Source: Protoeuglena noctilucae (Eukaryota). From it: 64,000 nt of DNA. The notes under the pieces were generated by a model. The model saw only the letters and a program-made list of their open reading frames with translations. It was not told the DNA's origin and searched no databases. Positions 1 to 11,815 of this stretch are shown here, piece after piece. The stretch is taken from contig OY253676.1 of the NCBI GenBank assembly GCA_958009085.1, forward strand, positions 434,001 through 498,000, read 5' to 3'. Both the position numbers and the translations under genes were made by a program. Each line of letters starts with the position of its first letter. Position 1 is the first letter of the stretch.

Positions 1-1915
1 AAGTCCCGCTCTGAGATCATCGTCGACATGGTGTTGAGGCACTCCACGTGCTTCACCGTCATGATCTTGCTCGCGCGGTACTGGGGGAAGTCCTCCAGAA
101 TCTTCTTCATGTCCTCCAGGTTCATCGCAGCGCTCGTCTGCGGCAGGCGAGGGTGCGAGGGCGGCTCAGGACCGTTACCAGCACTCACAGCGCCTTGACC
201 CGGCCCAGCGACGGACCGGTCCTCGTGCTGGGGCTGCCCCTGCCTGCACCCGCTTCCTGCGCACGTTGGGCTATGCGACCGACCCTCCCACCGCACCGTA
301 CCTGGGGCGTCTGCTTGGCAAGCTCGGCCATGAGCGTACGCACAGCCTCTCCCAGGCTGCCGAAGTCGGCGTGGACGTTGTTGGCGTAGAAGTCGTCCTG
401 ATACCTCGAGAAGATGACCTTGTCCTCCTCCTTGCCCGCCTTGTTGGGCGGCGTCAAGTCGACCGTGTTGTCCTCCATCCCGATCAGCTCGTGAAGCATC
501 GCCTGGTACGTCCACTGGCTCAGCAGCGGCGTCACCTGGACGCATGTAGTGGGTGTTGGTAGGAACAGGGCCAGCTGCCCAGGCAAGCTACGTGCGTCCA
601 AAAGAGGACGCCGGATGGAACACAGCACGACATGCATTCGTGCTCGGAGATGTTGTCCCAGCCGCCATTAGCACGCCTTCTTGTCATTCTTCTTGTCATT
701 TGTTGCACATTCATCGTCAATGAAGCGTCGCAGTCCTCACCGGGTCGTCAAGGCGGTCCACAACCAGCACGACGGGCGGGTGGTCCGCCCCCCGCGTCCC
801 GAAATCAAACAGCTCCGTCTCTTGGCGGTAGGCGAGGTTGAAGAGGCCCTCAGCGATGCGGCGGCAGTGCTCTGCGGGGCGCAGCGGGGCACGGGGCTGG
901 CCTGCCACCCTCGCACCCACAGCTACTCATCCCTGCACCCTTGCTCCCCCAAAACCGTGCTAGGAACCGCGCAAAAGACTCCGCATTGTCGACAGCGCCA
1001 CAGACTCTCACCCGAGTTGCCCTGGAATCGCACCAGGGGCTTCCTCTTCATAGAGAGGACCACGGCCGCAAGGGCAGCAATACTTCGGTCCTCTACGGCC
1101 TGGGCAGCCCCGGGCTGCCAGGTGGGCGGCACGAGGCACGGAGAGTTCTTCTCCACCGGGGCCACGAACAGGCCGACGTCCAGCGCCAGGAAGTCCCCGT
1201 ATAGCTCCTGCGAGCAGCAGGGGGACACCGGGCCGCGGTCGCAAGCGCGGGCTCCCGCTGCCGGGGCCCGGCGATTGGGTCAAAGTGAGAAGAAGTTGCC
1301 CTGGACTCACCTGCACGGAGGCTGTGCGTTCCTGCACGTCGGCCTCTGCCAGCTCCTGCAGCACGATGTCCGAGGCCGTGTTAGTGAAGAACAGGTGGTA
1401 CTCCTTGTACTTGGGGGCGCGGAGCTCCCGGCGCAGCAGCGCAAGGTTCTCCTTCGTCGGGCGGACCAGGCAGACGGCGCGCAGGTGGTCTAGTTTCTCC
1501 CTGCGGGCAGGGGCCCGGGTCAAGGTCACGCACTGCAGCCAGCCGACGCCTTCTTCCGGCCCGCCGCGACATCACACACCTGTGCTCGTTTTCCAAAATC
1601 TCTGTGAGGTACATTTCCCGCTCCAGGATCTCCGACTGGCTGCAGGCGGGGCAAAAGACGAAACACTCCAAACGGGCCCCGCAGATCGCAGGGGCCGGGA
1701 CGCCAGGCCAGTGCCGCGCCATTGCAACCACAGACCGTACTCCTATAGACCGTGAACTGGGGCGGCTGAGCGAGCAGCGAGGCGTCGCGCGATGGGCACC
1801 TCAGGACCGTCCCAATGATGCGCACGGTCTCCTTGTCCAGCACGAGAACCTTCATGCCCGAGACTCCGTCCACCACCTTTGAGAAGTACCCCCGCAACAC
1901 GTTGGTGAGGTCCAT
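1..1915 (-). CDS. VPS45: Sec1/Munc18-family vacuolar sorting protein VPS45, multi-exon, 3' end outside window
   Basis: Spliced translation MDLTNVLRGYFSKVVDGVSGMKVLVLDKETVRIIGTVLSQSEILERE..., HLRAVCLVRPTKENLALLRRELRAPKYKEYHLFFTN, VVDRLDDP|VTPLLSQWTYQAMLHELIG matches Vps45 motifs; GT-AG introns. Confidence 0.93.
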
Positions 1916-2469
1916 CGCGCCCCCTCTTGCCCGCTGACCCCCAACGGAGTTATGGATCGCTCACAAACGAGCCCCGTCGCCTGTAAGAGCGTATCTCCCC
2001 AGCCCTCGCGAGCAGGTGAGTGACTTGCGAATTGGACGCTCCCTAGGTACGCGGGGAGGCCGGCGGGGGCTTCCTGACCGGGAAACCAGGAGCGCAGATC
2101 GTCGCCAGGGCAGGGAGGCCTCCTGGGGGGTCTGGTGCTGTCCAGGGGCGAGGAGAGCGCTGAATGCGACCACGAGCTCCGGATTACGAGTGAGAGAAAT
2201 GCCCGGGCGCTTCCTTGCCGGCGTCTCACTTGCCAGTCTAGGGCACTTCTTGGCCGCGAGTTCAGTTAACGGCATGCGGGGAGCCCTCTCTGCGCTTTCA
2301 TCATTTCAGCTTCAAAAGTGGCCGCTCTGTCAGCGAGTTCGACCGTCGCAAAGCAGCTTTTTGACCAGCTCCGAGCGCGTGGAGGCCCAGGAGAGACTCC
2401 TGTGTTATATTTTGTTTCGATAGTAGCCCATCGCTTCCGCTCTGCGGTCTTTGTCAGCGGCCGCCGCCC

Positions 2470-4174
2470 ATGCAGCTCACAGACGCCCAAAAGGCCAAGG
2501 GCAAGGCCCAGGTGACTTGCGGGAGGGGTTTGGCCCGTCAAAGCGCTTTCCATACTACAGAGAACCGGCATGGCATGTCGCACGCCCTGTATCAGCAGCC
2601 CGCGCGGCGCCAGCAAGGTGTTGTGCGTGGCAGCCTCCTTGCCCTTTTCCTTGGGCTAGTGGCCACAAGCGCCGCCCTGCTGCACCCCGGCGTGATGTGC
2701 CCTGTGTGCATGAACGCGCGCATGTCTTTGCGGGCGGTCATTCCCCCTGTACTCTCGTCCCGGACTTCATGCTGCACCGCGTTCCGTGCAGGTCGAGTTC
2801 TACTTCAGCGACTCCAACCTGCCCAACGACGGGTTCCTGCGCAACAAGGTTCGCGAGGATGCCGATGGGTTCGTGCCCATCGCCCTCATCTGCTCCTTCA
2901 GCAAGATGCGGGCCATCCTGGGCATCCCCGACGACAAGAAGGACGCTGTCCCCAAGTACGCAGTGGAGGACCTCGCCGAGGAGCTCAAGGATTGCGCTGA
3001 CCTTGAAGGTGCGCCTTGGTCGGCCCGGTTCACCGCGGACGCCCCCGTCAGTGGGCACGGCCGTGGTCCACTGCGCCGTGCCTCGCCATGCCGTCCCGAC
3101 CCCCGGCTCCATGCCATCCCCGCGCAGTGTCCGAGGACAACGCGCGCGTGAGGCGCAAGTCCCCGATCCCCGATCCGAAGGAAGCTGCTCAGATGATTGA
3201 CGCGCGGTCGCTGGCCCTCCAGCCCTTCCCGTTCGACGCCACCCTCGATGACATTACCGACTTCCTCTCCGGGCACGGCAGGGTCATGTCGGTTCGGATG
3301 ATCCGCCACACGAACGAGACCAAGCTCTTCAAGGTGAGGCTGGCGACAGATGTGTCGGGGCAATCCGAGATGCCCGCAACAGCAGAGGCCGTGAGTGGGG
3401 ACCACTACGGCGACCTGTGAACCCGGCCCTACTCCACGCACGCCACAGGGCAAGGTCTTTGCGGAGTTCGAGTCCGTCGAGGTGGCGAACGCGGTGGCCG
3501 CGAAGGAGCTCACGTTTGCGGGAGCGACTCTGCGGGTGCAGCCTAAGGTCGACTACCTGAAGGACCACCCGGATGACGCCAACGTGGGGCCGGAGAGCAC
3601 GCCGGGCCGCGAGGAGAAGCGCAGGCGCGAGAGCGTTGCGAGCGGGGAGAAGCGCAGGCGTGAGAGCGGTGCCATTGGGCACGGGGGGCGTGGCGGCCGC
3701 GGGAGGGACGGCGCAGCTGATGAGGAGGGGGGCGGGGCGGAGCGGGCGAAGCGCACTCGGACGGAGGACGCTGTCCCTGAGGTGGAGGCGGGGTCTGTGG
3801 TGCGTTTCGAGTTCGTGGGAGAGGTGCCGGACCACGGCCCGGGTCGTCAGGACCTGCGGTCGGCGCTGGGCGGTAATGACGTGGCGTTCGTGGAGTACAA
3901 GTTCGGGGAGGCGATGGGGTACGTGCGGTTCAGTGACGCTGCCGCGGCGGCGCGGGCGCTCGAGAGGGGCACTGAGGTTGACGTGGCTGAGGGGGACGGG
4001 GTGACGCACAAGATCAAGCTGGAGCTGATTGGGAAGGAGGAGTTCGACAAGTACGTGGAGAGGATTGGGAAGCCCGGGCAGGGCGGGCGGGACAGGCGCG
4101 GCGGAGGAGGCGGGCGCGGGGGCCGGCGGGGGGGCCGCGGGGGGCGTGGCGGGGGCGGGCGTGGCAGGAATTAA
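2470..4174 (+). CDS. La: La protein (La motif + RRM1 + RRM2 + RGG tail), multi-exon
   Basis: MQLTDAQKAKGKAQ|VEFYFSDSNLPNDGFL...GFVPIALICSFSKMR (La motif); RRM with FK|GKVFAEF; second RRM (VAFVEYKFGEAMGYVRF); RGG-rich C-terminus; TAA at 4172-4174. Confidence 0.9.
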
Positions 4175-4298
4175 TGCGTCCGTGGCGGCGGGAGCGAGCG
4201 TTTTCCAGTGGCGAGAACTCTGCGCTGTTTTAAATTTTATTCAGAGAACGCGCACTTGCAAGCAGCCGCTGCAGCACAAGCCGCCACACGCCTGCACA

Positions 4299-5949
4299 TC
4301 AAACCTCGGCGACGCCCACGGCCTCTTGCTCGAGCGACAGGGACATAGCCTTGACCTTGTCGACCCACTCCACGAGGCGGTCTCGTAGGGCCGCGACCTG
4401 GGGCAGCGTCAGCACACGGGGCTGCACCCACGACACATGGACCACCCCTGCGACCTGGTCGATCCGGCCCTCCATGAGGCGCAGGGAGAGGCAGCGCATG
4501 AGGAGCTCCTCCACGCCCTCGACGCTGAGCTTGGTGCGGGCCGCGATGTCCGTCAGGGGCATCGAGCGCTGGTGGGCGGGCGTGTGGAAGACCATCTCCA
4601 TCAAACTCATCACCGTGATCTTCTCCCGCAGCCGGCGCTCGTTCTGCACCAGCTGCGGCTGCGCGTTGAGCATGCGGGCGTGCTTGACGCACAGCTCGTC
4701 GTAGCCGTGCAAGTCGCCCCGGTTGAAGCAGTCCAGGAGCTCCCGGAGCCAGGCGTACGGAGAGTTGTCCAGCGAAGACACGAGCGGGTGGAGCAGGAGC
4801 TCGCCGAAGCTGTACACGTCGTCGCCCAGGAGCGCGGACAGGCCGATGTCGACCGCCTGCATGAGGGCGGGACCCGTGTTGGGAGGTCCCAGGCCGACAT
4901 CGGGACGCGCCAGGCTCGCGCGCGTGCCGCCAGATATGTTTAGCTCACCAGTTCGAGGCGGAAGTCGGCGGGCAGCTCTTCGCTGGACACGAACGCCAGG
5001 TACTGGATGGCCGCACGGTAGAACCCCGCAAAGTCCTGCTTGGCCTTGCAGTACTGGGCCAGCGCCCAGTGCACCGCCGCCGAGACCACGGGGTGGACGT
5101 CCGTCAGCCGCTCGAGCTCCTCCTTCCCCTCGTTCACCATGTCCCGGCACTTGACGATGTCGCCCGCCTTGAGGTGCAGCTGCGCCATGTTCATCCGCAG
5201 GTACAGCAGCGGCTGCTTCTCCTGCATATGGAGAAATCGGAGCAGGGCCTTGCTGATCGCCGGCTGACCCGGGGTGCATGCTTGAGGCGTGTGCGCATGT
5301 CACCTCCCCCGCCCTGTCGCTGGACTTCTTCTCGTTGATGCGGCTCTCGACCCGCCCCAGGAACGCGATAGCCTCTGCCGGGTCGACGTACTGCCTCGAA
5401 ATCTTGACGCAGATCTGGACCAGCCGCAGCGGATTCAGCTGCGGGCGAAGAGCTACCGTTTCCCCTGCGGTCGTCATGACGGGCCTCAGGCGCCCCGAGC
5501 GTGCGCGCATCGCCCAGTCACCTTCAGCGCAAACTCGTGGATGCATTTGTCGTACATCTCGATGAGAATGGGAAAGAAGGCGGCGTCATCCACGACGATC
5601 TCGAGCTTGTCCGTGAGCTGGTGCCACAGTCGACGCGAGTGCAGGTCTGCGAGGGATCTTTGTGCTCGCGGTGACGAGTACAGTTGCAAGACATTGCAAA
5701 GAACAGACGAGGGGGGCCTGTAGTGGCTTCCGTGGCTTGGGGGAACGTGCATCGCCCGCCCTCTCCGTTGTTGTCCCGGCAGCGAGAGAGCACACAGATC
5801 TGGGCCGGAATCACCACAACGCGAGAGAAGAGGTGCGACACGACCGATGCCTGCTGCCCAGCGGCACCTTGCAGGCTCTCGCATAGCTCCTTCTGCTCCC
5901 GGCCCTGGGGTCGCGACCCCAAGGACTTCAGGAACTCCCCCGAGGACAT
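4299..5949 (-). CDS. RPN9: 26S proteasome lid subunit RPN9/PSMD13 (PCI domain), multi-exon
   Basis: LHSRRLWHQLT, LNPLRLVQI, ALLGDDVYSFGELLLHP, MEGRIDQVAGVVHVSWVQPRVL are characteristic RPN9 segments. Confidence 0.95.
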
Positions 5950-6387
5950 CCCGCCCCCGCCCACGCCCCGAGAGCTGCACGACAAAGAGATGCGTGCGCC
6001 AGCGAGTCTGCTGCTGCGCCGGGCGTGGAAATCAAAAGCGCTAGTGGTGTCGGACGAGGGTAAGCGGGCTCCTGTGGATTGCCTCGAAGTAAGCCACACA
6101 TTTCACCGCTGCTGTTCAGCTGCGGTACCCACAGCCAAGGCCATGAAGCGCTTCCCGCTCAGCCCTGCGCCAGCAGCGTGTCAGAGGCCAGCTGTGCCGG
6201 GCCAGGAGGGGCCTTCTAAGCCATGGGCTGGAATTCACGTTCATCACATCGGCTTTGTTAGTTCACGAGTGGATGGAAGAGGGAGTCTGAACGTCTCTGG
6301 CGTCTCACATCACCACAGTCCCCCAAAGCCTGGTTTTGTCGACGCTGGGGTGTCATTGGTGTGAGACACGGCAGCGGAGTCCAGGCC

Positions 6388-7876
6388 ATGGTGGCCTTGG
6401 ACAAGACGCAAGCCTTTCGCGATGCTGTCGCTGCGTGCCTGCGCCACTCTCCCGGCCTCCCTGAGGAACTGCGGGAGAGGGCAGAGGCCGGGCTGGCTGG
6501 ACCACACCATCCGTGAGTGCCGTCTCAAGCTTTGTGCGCTTGCGGATTCCATCGTGCCAATCACAGCGCGCTTTGCAGGGCCGGGAGCGCCCATGCGCTG
6601 GCTCCGATCGCGGGTCTCCATTAAAGCGCACTGCTGACGATGGCACTGTGCGCAGGGAGCTGTCAGAGTTCCTGAAGCAGGCGCTGGAGGTCACGAGGCA
6701 CCTGTCGGAGGGCTGGGCTGAGATGCTGGAGCGCCGCCGTGACTACATCGAGGAAGGCCGCGTATCTGAGGCGGAGAGGGATCAGGCGGAGGCAGATATG
6801 GTCATGTTCATCAAGGTGCTTGCTGACAAGGGCGGATGAAGCGCCATGAGCTGGGATGCTGGGGTGGGCTGCGGGTAGTTGAGCTGCGACCCTTTTCTGC
6901 AACTGGGTGCAGGCTCTGTCCGACCGTCTCGTGGCATTGGACCGGCTGGCTCAGGAGGGAGGCCCGGAGCCTGGGTCTCGATCTGCGCACCAGACGGCCT
7001 TCCGCCACGGCGTCGCGCTCGTTTTGAGCGAGAGGCTGCAGGGCATCACCAGGACGTTTGACAAGTGGAAGGACGTGCGTTTCAGGTGTGCGGCTGCGCC
7101 TTTGACAGAGTCAGGGCCGAATGGGAGCCGTGGTCCGGCTGGAGTGACACGGGCAAAGCGCACGCGGTCACGGTCTCTGCCTTCCATCGCTGCAGGAGGA
7201 GGGAGCGGGCAGAGGCCGAGCGGAAAGCATCTCAGGCTGTGGATGGGCTCGATGTGCGCTTGGGGGGCGGTCAGGGGCGCCAGGATTTCGCAGACGAGGG
7301 CGCGGCAGAGGGAAGCGAGCGTGCCGCCAAGCTCGTCGCTCGGCAGATGGGCGTCTCTCAGCAACAAGCCCAGGTGACCTGACGCTGACCAGCTACTGCC
7401 GGTGGCGGGGCGCTTTTACATGTGGCAGGCTGGCATGCAGTTGCAAATGCTCAGCACATGTCCCCGCACTCATCAATGCAGGCCATGGTTAGCGAGACGA
7501 AGGCGGTGTGGGACGATCTCTTGCGGCAGGGAGAGCAGATCGACCGGGTGAGAGGAACGCGGCGCTGTGCGGGGCGGGGCCCAGCTGGAGTCGATTGGAC
7601 GCGAAGCCTCAAGCCCGACCCCTCCCTGCGCAGGTGGAGGCGACCGTGCTGGAGATATCTCAGCTGGGTCAAATCCTTGGCGACCAGGTGGTGCGGCAGT
7701 CGGAACAAATCGAGATGCTCTACTACGACGCCCTCGCAGCCACCAGCAACATCAAGATGGGGAACGAGCAGGTCCGCAAGACTCTTTCGGTGTACAAGGC
7801 TGGGACCTGGAACATGTTCTTTGTCATTCTCGCTGCCACCCTGTTCGTGCTCTTCGTCGATTGGCTGCACAGCTGA
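6388..7876 (+). CDS. SYP81: ER Qa-SNARE SYP81/syntaxin-18, multi-exon
   Basis: MVALDKTQAFRDAV N-terminus, RRRDYIEEGRVSEAERDQAE, FRHGVALVLSERL, SNARE helix VEATVLEISQLGQILGDQVVRQSEQIE...GNEQV, C-terminal TM ending FVDWLHS. Confidence 0.85.
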
Positions 7877-8150
7877 GCTGTGGGGTTGCCCCCCACCGTC
7901 AGTGAGTGCCGCGGTGCCCAGGTCTGTGGATCTGCCACCGTTTCTTTGCCAAAACTAGCTTACTAATTGATATCCGCAACTGCTCGGACCCACAACACCG
8001 TCTCACAGCCGAAGAGTTGGGCTGGGCCGGATTGAAGCCGTTCGCTCGGAGCAACGCTAGCACGATTGCAGAGCCCCTGCAGCGAAGGTAGCGGGTAGGC
8101 GAGGGCGGGAGCGAGAGACGGCAGACGCCGGGGTTTGCGGGGTGGCGGGC

Positions 8151-11100
8151 ATGCTTAGCCCGGAGAAACTCCTGGCCTTGTGCCAGGAGGCCTACACCTC
8201 CTTCAACCCGGCGGCGATGACCATGGACGCCCACGCGGACGAGTTCTTGAAGCTGAAGAAGGTCAAGGTGAAGGCGGGGTGCGGTTCCGCGGCCTGCTCG
8301 GGCAAGGGCCGTTTTACGTTCGCATGTTAACACAACCTGCCCCCGAGCGCTGCGCTCCGGGACCGGCGACAAGCTCGCTGGCTACCTCCCGGATGAGTTT
8401 GTAGCGAAAGCTACCCTGCGGATGCCTGAAGCGGACATGTCCCTCGCGTGGGGCGTCCCAGGCGCACAATTCCGAGGCCGCACATCTGCTCGCTCCCGTG
8501 CGCGCTACAGGGGCCGCGACCGGCTGGAACTGCCAGCGTGTGCAGATACAATTTGTCTCAGTGCAACCGTAGCTCTATGTCCCTGAAATCGATGCGAGTG
8601 GGTCCTTTCTTCGCCTGCAGGGCGAGGAGGACGGCAACTTCATCCGGCAGGTGCTCTACGGCACCGTCCGGTACCGGCGACTCATTCAGTCCCTTCTCAA
8701 AGCCTTCTACTTCAAGAACGCGGGCAGCGCATCGCGAACAGATGCCCATCTCTACGCTGTGTTCGTCTACCTGGGGCTCTTCCGTCTCCAGGAGCTCACC
8801 TTTTCCCAGTTCAAGCGCCTGGTCAAGTCGCAGGAGCCGCACGTGAGATAGACATCGAGCGCCGTGCCGCGTTCGGCCCGTCCCCGCCCCTGGATGTGCG
8901 CACGCAGGGGACATGCTTCCATGTATAAAGCACCCCCCACCGCTGCCGCTGCTTTGCAGAAGATGCTCGTCTTCCTCCGATTCCTCTTCAACGCCGGGAT
9001 GCTCCAGGAGTTCTGCCGAGACTCGTGGCTCAAGATGTTCGACAAGCCGTTTGTCGACGACCTCATCGCCATGGCCCAGAGCCGGCTGCCCGAGACCCGG
9101 AGGCTGCTGGATCATTTGGAGGTGAGCTGGAGGCAGCGTATAGCGCCGCTGAGGCGGGTCCTCTTTCCAGCGACTGTCTTGACCCACGCACAGCGACGCT
9201 GCTGCACCTCCTCTCGCCCCGCAGCACCAAGTCTTCCTGAGCCAGAAGGACCAGGAGGAGTCGTCGGGCAGCCCGTCCACGACGGAGGTACGGACCCAGC
9301 GGAAGACCACGGAGCCAAAGCCCTTCAACCTGACCCTGCCGAAGCCGCGGCTGCCGCCACCGGAGGAGCCGCCTCCGGAGCCCTACCGCGCCAAGCCCGC
9401 ACCCAAGTTCGAGGAGGGGCCGACCAAGGAGGAGCTCGCCATCGAAGCGGCCAAGGAGCAGAACCGCAAGGCCATTACCAAGGTAAGGGCAGCTCCCGGG
9501 ACCCCGCAAGCAGGGCCGGGGTAGCGCCATGGGACGCGTCACGACCATGCGGTGACTGCCGAGTCTCTGCAGAAGTACTTGGACCCCGCGGGCGGCCCCT
9601 TCAAGCTCCGTGTGCACGAGCGACCCATGAAGCTCCCGGAGCTCATGGAGGAGGCCCGGCGGGAGTTTGATGCGCGGCATGCGTACCGCCCTGTGGTGCC
9701 CAAGCCGCCCCCCTCGCTGCCGGAGGCCGAGGTCCGCCTGAACGCGGCGGCCATCCTTCGGGAAGACGCCGTGTATCGCCGGAAGCAGGAGCAGGAGGCT
9801 GCCGTGATGATGGCGTACGAGCAGGAGCTGCGGGACTCCTCGGAGTTCGAGCGCTGGAGGGCCAGCATGCTGGCGCAGGACGAGCGGGAGAGGGCGGAGG
9901 AGGTCGAGCGGCGCCGGAGGGAGATGGCCGCAGCACAGGACGCGGCGATCGAGGCCAGGTGGGCGGGGGTGGGGGTTCCTGCGCGGTATGGGTGCCGACC
10001 GCGGCATGACTGTGGCGTGGCGGCCCTGCTGCGCAGGGAGCGGGCGATGGCGGAGAACAAGGTGGTGGCCGAGAGACTGAAAGAGGAGAAGAAGAAGGCG
10101 CAGGAACAGATCCTTGAGGAGCAAAAGGCACGGGAAGAGGCCAACGCGGCACTGGCGAGGAAGGTGGCGCAGGACAGGGAGGCCGCCAGGTGAGGCGCGG
10201 CCGGGGAGCGCTGCGCTGCGGTGGTGGGGCTGTGCGACGCGGGCGGGTCGCAAGAGTGGGCTTGCATCGACCGCGCCGGTCATCGTAACCAGACCTGCGC
10301 GGCCGTGGCTCGCAGGAAGGCGGTGGAGCAGAAAGAGGCGGAGAACCGAGCAGCGGCCGAGGGTCTTCGCACGGAGCTGGGAGAGGAGCAGCGGCGGGTG
10401 GCGGCCCAGCGTGAGGCGGAGCTGAAGGAGCGGCAGGACATCATCCGGCAGCTCCGTGCGATGCTGAAGGCCCGGGAGAAGCACGAGCGCCGGGTGGACC
10501 CGACGTGGGTGCCAAACTTGGGTCTGCTGGGGGAGATGTCGCTGCTGGAGCTGCGGGAGCGGCTGAGCCAGGTCCGGGAGCGGATGCGGGTGGAGGAGGA
10601 GGCGATGCGGCGGCACATCCTGAAGAAGAAGGAGGAGAGGGACGCGCGCCTGATGGCCAAGGCTGCCAACATCGGGCGCGTGCGTCGGCTCGCGCACGCC
10701 CAGGCGCTGCTGCGCCGGCAGCGGCAGGAGGCCGAGAAGGACGCAGCAGAGCAGGCGCGACAGGCGCAGGAGGACGCGCTGGTGCTGGAGCTGGACGAGA
10801 AGCTGCGGAACAAGCGCGAGAAGATCCACGCGGAGAACGAGCGCATTTTCGAGGAGGTTCGACGGGCCAAGTTCGAGCAGCAGGGGCTCGGCGTCAGCGC
10901 AGAGCAGGTGAGCCGGGCCGCGGTCTCGTGTCGCAGCCACCCGGCCGGGCCTGGAGGGCAGCGCGGACACGGTGGCCCCTGAGATGTCGCGTAGGTCGAA
11001 GAGCTCAAGTTCCTGGAGCTACGCAAGGGCGCGGAGCGGGAGGTGGCGGAGCGGCAGATGCGCGCCAAGGAGGACGCCGAGCAGTACGAGGCGGCCAAGC

Positions 11101-11375
11101 GCCGGGCGCAGAAGATGCGGATTGACCTGTCCAAGAGCCAGCTGCGGGCCAAGCAGGAGATGTACGACGAGTACGACCAGGCGTTCGAGGAGGAGCGGGC
11201 GCTGTTCGAGCGCTCGGAGAACGAGGCCCTGCAGCGGAGACGCGAGCGGGTGCAGAAGACCAAGGCGTTCGAGACGACCCTGCACCAGCGCACGGGGAGG
11301 GGGCCCGCGGGCATGACCGTCCGGGCGACGGACCCCGCGTCCCTGGCTGCGGCGGATGAGGTCGCCGCCTTGTAG
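8151..11375 (+). CDS. CFAP99: Cilia- and flagella-associated protein 99, multi-exon
   Basis: FIRQVLYGTVRYRRLI...YLGLFRLQEL...KMLVFLRFLF, TEPKPFNLT, VRLNAAAILRE, LRDSSEFERW, GLLGEMSLLELRERL, long coiled coil. Confidence 0.85.
8351..8553 (+). ncRNA. Candidate intronic structured RNA (possible tandem H/ACA-like hairpins) in CFAP99 intron 1
   Basis: Closing stems 8352-8363/8455-8465 and ATCTGC/GCAGAT (8484-8489/8542-8547), each followed immediately by ACAATT; internal GTAGC-GAAA-GCTAC hairpin; host intron about 350 nt, longer than most here. Confidence 0.3.
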
Positions 11376-11815
11376 CGCTTCGATCCCTTCGTTCGAGCCT
11401 TGTGCCGGCGCTTCAAAACGCAGCAAGCCCCGTGCATAGCACAGCGCGACACAAGCAGCCCGCTCGCCAGCAGCCGTCTCGACGACTGCACTAGAAGAGC
11501 CCTCCACGCTGCGCCGAGCTGCACGCCAGCCCTCGTGGGCCCCAGGCACCGCGCTGCCCCCTCCACGGGACCCTCGGCCAGGCCCAGCGTGTCTTCTCTC
11601 ATTGATGCCCAGCGTCTGCGGGAGCCGGCACAGCAGCGGCTGAGGGTCGCGTGCCTGGGTCACGAACAAAGCCACCACGCGCAACAGCAGCCGGGCCAGC
11701 AGTGGTCTGCGCTGCCTGCTGCCAGCTGATGTGCCAGCAACACCCACTGCCCGTGCCCCCTTGATGATGCGTCACGCCGCCACCAAACCCCGCTGCCGCC
11801 ATGGCACTCACCGGG

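Noticed and set aside
3611..3670. Duplicated EKRRRES segment in La
   Set aside because: Ordinary short duplication of an NLS-like motif in a linker.
8389..8414. Hammerhead-like GATGAG...GAAA
   Set aside because: Core is GGATGA rather than CTGATGA, and the GAAA is a hairpin loop rather than the catalytic junction.
8549..8561. AATTTGTCT resembling the U7 snRNA Sm site
   Set aside because: Short match inside an intron, without a convincing 3' hairpin or histone-downstream-element complement.
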